Virus record (IMG/VR): IMGVR_UViG_3300045988_052707 | Location: 15,837 to 79,836 of that record | Direction: 5' to 3' (one strand) | Length of the DNA: 64,000 nt | Origin: a virus | Part shown: one piece after another, positions 57,861 to 64,000 of the stretch | How positions within the stretch are numbered: position 1 is the first letter of the stretch | How the letters are laid out: the number at the start of each line of letters is the position of its first letter | Notes under the pieces: model-generated | What the model was told of the DNA's origin: nothing | Database searches by the model: none | Seen by the model: only the letters and a program-made list of their open reading frames with translations | Program-made: the position numbers and the translations under genes

Positions 57861-60497
57861 TTAGCTGCTGTTCTTGGATTGCCTAGGTCCCCAACCTACG
57901 TTGTTAGGTAGCATATTATTAGGAGTAGCTAAATGCTTAGATTGCCTTTTAAACTCCTTACCAACTACACGTTTAGCCATTTGTTTACTTGCATATCTAC
58001 CTGCCATAGATGCACCTTTACTAAGTAAACTACCTAATCCTGTTGCTAGTGTAGCATAGTCTGTAAAGGTAAGGAATCCATTTAAATTATGCAAACCTTC
58101 TTCATACTTCTTAGCTTGCATATAATCATCATATCCTTTACTAGCTGCTTCATGTGCTTGTTGATGTTGCCAAGGACTTTTAGTATCAGAAGTTACTATA
58201 GGTTGTTCAGATTGACCATATATGTTTATCATGGACTGAATATGTTCAGCAGGAGTAGCCCTTCTAATTCTATTCGGAATATTGGGTCTGTAGTCTCTAA
58301 TTGCATCACGTCTATTAATAGGTTGTGCAGGTTCTTGATATTTAATAATCATACCATTCTCACCTTTAGGAATACCATTATATACTCCAGTAAGTACTTT
58401 AGCATAATTAGTAGCTTCTGCATATCTTCTCTTACCTTTATTAGAACCAGTAAGCTTAGCTACAAACTTATTAATATCATCATTCTCATCAAAGTCATAT
58501 AGTCTCTTTAAGAATTGTATCTTATCTGCTGCATACTCATCCATAGAATTATAAGACCTAAACTTCTGCTTAATAGCTTCACCTTTAGCATTCTTATCAT
58601 TACCAGTTACATAATCACCTTTCCATGAACTACCAGTAGTTAAATTGCCAAAGTTGTACTTACCTTGTGCAGACTTACCCCAACTAGATTCTAATGCGTC
58701 TTGTGCTAATAGCATTCTAATTGCATTATCATTAGTAATACCTGCCTTCTTATAGGCATTAATAAGTTCTGTAGACCATTGCTTTCTGTTAGTATATGGA
58801 CTCTTCCAAGTTGAGTTGGCAGTTTTAGTAACAGGTTTATCGGTAACAGATTTACTAGCTACTGACTTATTAATTACTGGCTCTACTGTAGGATTATTAG
58901 CTACTACATCAGGTTCATTAGTATCTCTTACTGGTACTACTAAAGCCTCTGGTTTATCGTAAGTTGTGTTGTAATTATACTCACTAAATGGATTAATAGG
59001 ATTAGTAATGTCCTTGTAATTTATTGTAGGATTACTTACTGGATTATAACTAACAAATCTCATTCCTGTTTGTCCTTTACGAATACGTTTCTTATATGTT
59101 GGGCGACTTGATTTGATGAACTTCTTACGCATATCCCTTTTACCGTTAATCTCCTCTTGTTTCTTTAACAGAGGGGACTTCTTAAAATCAAATCTTCCAC
59201 CATGTGCCATAGTTACCAATTCCGGATTTCTAACAGACTTACCTTCAATCCATATAGGATTAGATTGCTGTAATATGAAAGGACGACCTACTTTATCCAT
59301 TAATGCAGCTTGTTTAGTAAGCCTAACTTGGTTAGCAGTATTAGGAGAATCATTCCACTTCTTAGCATAGTCAGCAGGATTAAATTTCCACATATCTTGA
59401 GAAGTCTGTCTTAATTTACCTTTGTTCATTTGAAACTTAACCAAGTGTCCAGTAACATCATCAATAGGACCTATATAATCAGTTCCTGGCTGCCTAAAGG
59501 TCATGAACTCTTTATCTCCCATACGCATTACTGGTTCAGCTTCCTTACCAATAATTTTACCAATCGGATTCTTTCCTGCGTATTCTGTAAATTCAGAAGC
59601 TTCTTGAAATTTCAATGGCCTACCAGAGGGTACTACTGCACTCATTTCGTATCTTCTGTTATGAACTCCAGGATAAAGCTGCTCATATCTATCCCCATGA
59701 CTAAATCCTCTCCTTGCTTCATTACGGCTAATAGGTTTGATATTACTAGTAGCTTTATTAAAGAACATTCTTTTAACTACTGGATTCTCGTCAAATATAT
59801 ATTTAGCTAATAGATTCCTACCTTCTAAATTTCCTCCACCTAGTATTGAAGAACCTGTGTAGTCGGCTGGCATTGTTTTTATATCTTGCAAACTTACTGA
59901 TGCATTACCGTTAGTTCTCTTGGCAGCTTTATAAGCAGCCACTTTTAATGGTAATTTCTCTACCTTAGATAGAAATGGAGCAACTCTGTTAGTTGCAGCC
60001 ATTACTAAGTTAGTAGGGGTTCTGGCTTCTTTGTTAAAAACCCAATGGTTCTTGTTAATAGGATTCCAAGCTCCTGGATTAGTATAAACTCCAATTTCGG
60101 ACGGAATGCCAGTTTTATCTTCCAACCAGTTACCCCAGCCCCCAGTAAGCTTATCCACAGTCATATTACCTAAAGCTCCTCCTACAACAGCGGCTGGAGT
60201 TGTTACTAATGCAGCACCAGCTGCTGAAGGAAGTATAGTTCTTTCTATTCCAACTAGAGGATTAGTCTCGTTGGACATGGAAGCTTTGAATCTGGCTTTA
60301 GCTCCTTTAATAGGATGCCAATAGTCTCTATTTCTTTCAGCAGCTGACCTGGTATCATTAGAAGGTTCTCCACCTAAATCTACAATGGAATACTGTTTAG
60401 GTTTAGCTTTAATAGGTTCATGAATTTCTGGCCTAACTACTTTAGTATTATCGGACTCTATGGTGTTTCCTTGTTGTAGTTTAGGTATTACTTTCAT
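57861..60497 (-). CDS. large virion-associated protein (878 aa) with glucosaminidase (GH73/FlgJ-like) peptidoglycan hydrolase domain
   Basis: Region NAIRMLLAQDALESSWGKSAQGKYNFGNLTT matches the AQAALESGWG...NNLFG core of mannosyl-glycoprotein endo-beta-N-acetylglucosaminidase domains. Confidence 0.6.
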   Translation of the reverse strand: MKVIPKLQQGNTIESDNTKVVRPEIHEPIKAKPKQYSIVDLGGEPSNDTRSAAERNRDYWHPIKGAKARFKASMSNETNPLVGIERTILPSAAGAALVTTPAAVVGGALGNMTVDKLTGGWGNWLEDKTGIPSEIGVYTNPGAWNPINKNHWVFNKEARTPTNLVMAATNRVAPFLSKVEKLPLKVAAYKAAKRTNGNASVSLQDIKTMPADYTGSSILGGGNLEGRNLLAKYIFDENPVVKRMFFNKATSNIKPISRNEARRGFSHGDRYEQLYPGVHNRRYEMSAVVPSGRPLKFQEASEFTEYAGKNPIGKIIGKEAEPVMRMGDKEFMTFRQPGTDYIGPIDDVTGHLVKFQMNKGKLRQTSQDMWKFNPADYAKKWNDSPNTANQVRLTKQAALMDKVGRPFILQQSNPIWIEGKSVRNPELVTMAHGGRFDFKKSPLLKKQEEINGKRDMRKKFIKSSRPTYKKRIRKGQTGMRFVSYNPVSNPTINYKDITNPINPFSEYNYNTTYDKPEALVVPVRDTNEPDVVANNPTVEPVINKSVASKSVTDKPVTKTANSTWKSPYTNRKQWSTELINAYKKAGITNDNAIRMLLAQDALESSWGKSAQGKYNFGNLTTGSSWKGDYVTGNDKNAKGEAIKQKFRSYNSMDEYAADKIQFLKRLYDFDENDDINKFVAKLTGSNKGKRRYAEATNYAKVLTGVYNGIPKGENGMIIKYQEPAQPINRRDAIRDYRPNIPNRIRRATPAEHIQSMINIYGQSEQPIVTSDTKSPWQHQQAHEAASKGYDDYMQAKKYEEGLHNLNGFLTFTDYATLATGLGSLLSKGASMAGRYASKQMAKRVVGKEFKRQSKHLATPNNMLPNNVGWGPRQSKNSS

Positions 60498-60739
60498 TAT
60501 TTATTCGATTTATCGTTATTGGTGAATCTCTTCCATATTCCTGTTACTGAATCTATACCAAGCAATCCCATACAACACAACAGGACTGTGTCTATCATTA
60601 ATGGGGCTTGAATTACGTTTATTGCACAGTATATTAACACTCCCAAGCAGACAAACCACCCTACTACTCCGCAGAGTCTCTTAGATGATATGCCAGAGTG
60701 GGATGTGAATACTTGCTTTAAGAATGTTACAAACTTCAT
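60497..60739 (-). CDS. small membrane protein
   Basis: Two TM-like segments (LCGVVGWFVCLGVLIYCAI / MIDTVLLCCMGLLGI); start overlaps stop of upstream gene. Confidence 0.45.
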   Translation of the reverse strand: MKFVTFLKQVFTSHSGISSKRLCGVVGWFVCLGVLIYCAINVIQAPLMIDTVLLCCMGLLGIDSVTGIWKRFTNNDKSNK

Positions 60740-61281
60740 TATATAATTACATTTATAGAAATATTAGCTGTGTTACCTCCTATATATGCCTGATTTATTG
60801 GTATTTCAGTAGTTACCCCAGATTGGCATACTGCGTTATTTGTTACACTATCTGCATCTACAGTCACCCTGTATGTACTGAAATATCCAGTGAACAATAA
60901 TTTAGAGACATTAGTTAAATCAGTTGGTAAATCAAAGTGGAAGTTTCTGTCAAAGAAAGTTGCCCCTTGATAGTCTAGAGTTCCAGACCTAGGAATTGTT
61001 ATAAACCCGTCTGGAACTCCATCTATGTAAACATCTGCTACAAAGTCATAGGATTTAGACGTAAGCCCAGAGTTAGTTATTGAAACATGTATATTGAAGT
61101 TATACTGGAATGTTGACAACTGTATATCCTCTTCCTTAACTAACTGATTATTAGCGTAATTATCGTTAGTTTCAAGTCCGAAGAACTCTACTCTATCTCT
61201 AGTGGCACACTTGGTTGGAGTATTTGTACCTCCACCAGCTAAATTAATTAAATATTGTTCTGTTGCAATTTTATTTGTCAT
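60739..61281 (-). CDS. structural-like protein (tail/fibre module)
   Basis: 180-aa ORF rich in T/N/G/Y, in structural operon. Confidence 0.45.
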   Translation of the reverse strand: MTNKIATEQYLINLAGGGTNTPTKCATRDRVEFFGLETNDNYANNQLVKEEDIQLSTFQYNFNIHVSITNSGLTSKSYDFVADVYIDGVPDGFITIPRSGTLDYQGATFFDRNFHFDLPTDLTNVSKLLFTGYFSTYRVTVDADSVTNNAVCQSGVTTEIPINQAYIGGNTANISINVII

Positions 61282-61293
61282 TTTAAATACTTG

Positions 61294-61785
61294 CTATGTA
61301 TTGTTTATACACATAACGGCAAGTAGACTCTGTACTGGTAAATTCTGATTAGTTCCTATAACAAGTCTATCTGTTTCATAATTAGAATAGTGATTCATAT
61401 TCTTTGCATTATTTAATAGGAATGCTACGTAAATATTACTTCCAATCACACTATTGCCAAACAAAGCTACATTTCTTATAACACCTGCTATAGGGTATAC
61501 CACCATAGATGAAGCAGGAATATCTGGTGTAGCCGATGTGCTTTGACCATACATATCTGTGATTGATATACCCATTGTAGTGTCTGTAGTAGTGTTATTA
61601 AAGAATATTAGGGTGCTGCCGCTTAGTGAACCGTTTAATAAATCTATAGCGTCAGCAATACCCCCCGACGGTAGGTTATCATTGAACTGTTGCTTAGTAA
61701 TGCATCTATTGTTCGCAACTCCGTCTAAGCTCAAGCCTTCTGCTCTGGCTTCAGCTGCTGTTACTAATTCATTAGTGCTTTCCAT
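61294..61785 (-). CDS. structural-like protein
   Basis: 163-aa S/T/N-rich ORF. Confidence 0.45.
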   Translation of the reverse strand: MESTNELVTAAEARAEGLSLDGVANNRCITKQQFNDNLPSGGIADAIDLLNGSLSGSTLIFFNNTTTDTTMGISITDMYGQSTSATPDIPASSMVVYPIAGVIRNVALFGNSVIGSNIYVAFLLNNAKNMNHYSNYETDRLVIGTNQNLPVQSLLAVMCINNT

Positions 61786-61988
61786 TATTCTTGATATTCT
61801 CTTAAATTACCAATTGTTACTTCAAATTCATCTGATTTCATGTAGGGTGATACATCTGCATCTTTAGCAGCTTCGTTCAAACAGAACATGTCTGAAGGAA
61901 ACGATAGTGCCTTTACCCTTATTTGCTTAAGTAGTCTGGAGTGTTTGGCTTTAGACCAAACCCAGACGTCAAATATAAAATTTCTCAT
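61785..61988 (-). CDS. hypothetical small protein
   Basis: 67-aa ORF. Confidence 0.35.
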   Translation of the reverse strand: MRNFIFDVWVWSKAKHSRLLKQIRVKALSFPSDMFCLNEAAKDADVSPYMKSDEFEVTIGNLREYQE

Positions 61989-62019
61989 ACTGCGATTAAT
62001 GTACTTTAATTCTTAAATG

Positions 62020-62358
62020 TTAAGAATTACTAAGTGTAGAAGCAATCCACTTTTGATTGAAGTCTTTGTCAAGGCTAAAGTGCTGTAAACCACCTTGACT
62101 TACATTTACGTATAATGTGAACAAATTAACTATTGGAATTCCGATTATTGTCACACTAATACATGTTGGCGTATTATTAGATACTCCATAATACAGTAAC
62201 TGAAATGGGACCATGTCTGTCATATTAGACTTCACAATCTCCATTACAGCACTATCAGCACTGTTAACCTCTATATTACTACTTCTACCTGGATAAATCA
62301 AATCTTGTGTTGTTAAAACTAGGGTCTGAACCCCCCCCCATAGACTTGAGTGCGTCAT
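62020..62358 (-). CDS. hypothetical protein with G9 tract in its first codons (MTHSSLWGGV...)
   Basis: In-frame as sequenced; an upstream ATG at 62410 (MALIQNDDNKCPTTKQVNDALKSMGGG...) is in the +1 frame and would fuse if the run were one G shorter. Confidence 0.45.
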   Translation of the reverse strand: MTHSSLWGGVQTLVLTTQDLIYPGRSSNIEVNSADSAVMEIVKSNMTDMVPFQLLYYGVSNNTPTCISVTIIGIPIVNLFTLYVNVSQGGLQHFSLDKDFNQKWIASTLSNS

Positions 62359-62417
62359 TCACTTGTTTAGTGGTAGGGCATTTGTTGTCGTCGTTTTGTA
62401 TTAAAGCCATAATAGTT

Positions 62418-62582
62418 ATTATTTGATTATTCTACGTTTAATTTGCATACCCCTATTAGCCATTAACATACCGCTACTTCTTTTGTTATTGGTATTACTA
62501 GCGAATGTATTATGGTAAGTGGCAATTTCATCATCTGTAAGAGTGTTAAATCCCGTAGGGATAATAGCACCTTTAGCTCTCA
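62418..62582 (-). CDS. small hypothetical protein (not in ORF track)
   Basis: MRAKGAIIPTGFNTLTDDEIATYHNTFASNTNNKRSSGMLMANRGMQIKRRIIK. Confidence 0.3.
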
Positions 62583-62644
62583 TCTCTTGTATGTCAGTAC
62601 CCTTTAATTGTCTGTTGGGATCCCTCTTCCTTTAGTTGAGATTC

Positions 62645-63025
62645 TCATAATATCCATTTAAACCAGCCATAGCTGAAAGTCTTCCTCTCGTATTCAGGAT
62701 GTTCAGCCGCGTATCTAGCTTCTCTTTCAAATGATATGTTTCTATAGGCAGTGTGAGCATTGCCACTAGCTAGTAATTTAATAAACCACTCTATTACATA
62801 CCATAAATAGAAGAATACTATTCCCATTTCTAACATCTGTTTTGTGTGAGTCTTCTCATGTGTAACTGTAGCTTGAGTCATTCTCTTTATATAATCCTCA
62901 CTTCTAGTAAACATAATAGCACAAATATTCATAAATGAATATCCTTTTACCGGAAGTAACGGATTGATAAAGAATAGCAATCCTTTAGATTTGTCGTACT
63001 TAAATTTCATAGTTAATGCTTCCAT
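62645..63025 (-). CDS. small HExxH-motif protein (putative zinc metallopeptidase-like)
   Basis: VTHEKTHTKQ contains HExxH; hydrophobic segment GIVFFYLWYVIEWFI. Confidence 0.4.
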   Translation of the reverse strand: MEALTMKFKYDKSKGLLFFINPLLPVKGYSFMNICAIMFTRSEDYIKRMTQATVTHEKTHTKQMLEMGIVFFYLWYVIEWFIKLLASGNAHTAYRNISFEREARYAAEHPEYERKTFSYGWFKWIL

Positions 63026-63312
63026 TTAGCGGCATTTCTAGCGAAATTAGCTCTCTTCTTCTGTAACGGAGTCGCATTAGGATTGTTAAGTACAGACCTG
63101 GCATGTTCTTGAACACTCTGTCCAGCTTTCTTAGCTGATGCCGTAAATTTGCCGCGATTCTTCTTCTTAATATGAATCTTGCTTCCACTTTTATCTTTCC
63201 TTACTAACTTGTTACCACATCTAAACATAGGAACCTCTTCTAGGTCCGCATCATCGAGTAACTCTTTCAGAGCCTCATTAATTCTTGATAATTCCTCTGC
63301 GTTAAATTCCAT
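63013..63312 (-). CDS. basic hypothetical protein
   Basis: 99-aa K/R-rich ORF, first gene of the minus-strand structural block. Confidence 0.45.
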   Translation of the reverse strand: MEFNAEELSRINEALKELLDDADLEEVPMFRCGNKLVRKDKSGSKIHIKKKNRGKFTASAKKAGQSVQEHARSVLNNPNATPLQKKRANFARNAAKWKH

Positions 63313-63550
63313 AATTAAATTACATGTTAAATCACTTTTTTATTCACAAAGGTATTGCTAAATTTGCACATTATCAAACAAATCAGATGAATTAATGATT
63401 TAAGGTGTCAATGTAAATAAGTAATAAAGAAACTAAACTATTATTAATCTCTAACCTTTAAATCAATAGATTAATGTTATTGGGCATACTAAAAGAGGTG
63501 TACAGGTGGATTGACAGTTGGAGTTCTGGTGTTAAGACGATAGTCATTAT

Positions 63551-64000
63551 AATGCTTGCATTCTTGATGGTAGAGCTTCATTTCTCTTCACACACTAAAG
63601 CTATTTTAGAAGATTATAGACAGGCAGCTGTTACGGAGAAGGTATTAGCTGAGAAATATACAGAGATGATTACTCCACAAGTTAACGAGCACATAGAGCA
63701 TATTCTTATGGAAGATAAGGATGCGTCGAATGTCTTGTTATTGAATTACCATAATACCTTACAAAGTACACATGGTTTATCATATCGCTATTTAACAGCT
63801 CTTACAGAGAAGAGAAGAGGGTATGAAACTAAGGCAACTATTAAGATATGGAAAGAGTTGGAGTATATTAACTACGGTGATGAGCTTGAAAGGATTAATG
63901 ACAATCAATTCATCAGAATGGATACTATTGAGAACTATCGTAGAACGTTCCCTAATTTAGTAGCTTTATTAGAGGACTCTGGGGCAAAATCTGCTGCGAT
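63551..64000 (+). CDS. hypothetical protein, partial (runs off window end)
   Basis: Open plus-strand frame MLAFLMVELHFSSHTKAILEDYRQAAVTEKVLAEKY... to position 64000; start uncertain. Confidence 0.35.

Overview
This window is AT-rich, gene-dense, accessory-rich DNA from a large bacteriophage, probably one infecting a Bacteroidetes host. The host call rests on −33 TTTG / −7 TAnnTTTG promoter-like motifs and on lipobox proteins.

- **Strand layout.** Almost all genes run on the minus strand (1–51350 and 56561–63312). A 4.3-kb block of small genes on the plus strand (52007–56345) interrupts them. A repeat-rich regulatory hub (51540–52006) sits at the divergent side, and a pair of terminator hairpins (56366–56552) at the convergent side.
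- **Replication, nucleic-acid and other enzyme genes.** These are a DnaB-like helicase, an SF2 DEAD/DEAH helicase, a P-loop NTPase, RNase H, an HNH endonuclease, a ParB-like nuclease-domain protein and a ferritin.
- **Accessory genes.**
  - A short adenylosuccinate-synthetase (PurA) family protein is a candidate PurZ for 2-aminoadenine synthesis. It is flanked by an AAA+ ATPase and a vWA protein.
  - A flotillin (SPFH) and NfeD pair.
  - A Ro60/TROVE-vWA-like protein.
  - Three divergent paralogs sharing a C-terminal I-x-S-x-W-G-E-E motif.
- **Structural genes.** An 878-aa virion protein carries a glucosaminidase (GH73-like) peptidoglycan-hydrolase domain. Several S/T/N/G-rich proteins look like tail or tail-fibre proteins.
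- **tRNA array.** About 28 tRNA genes are scattered on the minus strand between 11.9 and 45.8 kb and cover almost every amino acid (Val is unassigned). They include three CAT tRNAs and an amber-suppressor-like tRNA with anticodon CTA. Several tRNA-like elements are atypical or fragmentary; one fragment overlaps the HNH gene.
- **Homopolymer tracts.** Long G/C runs (9–10 nt) are very unusual for this AT-rich genome. Two of them interrupt genes that then need a +1 G correction; these could be phase-variation sites or homopolymer sequencing errors.
- **Not seen.** No rRNA, CRISPR array, integrase or transposase was found.
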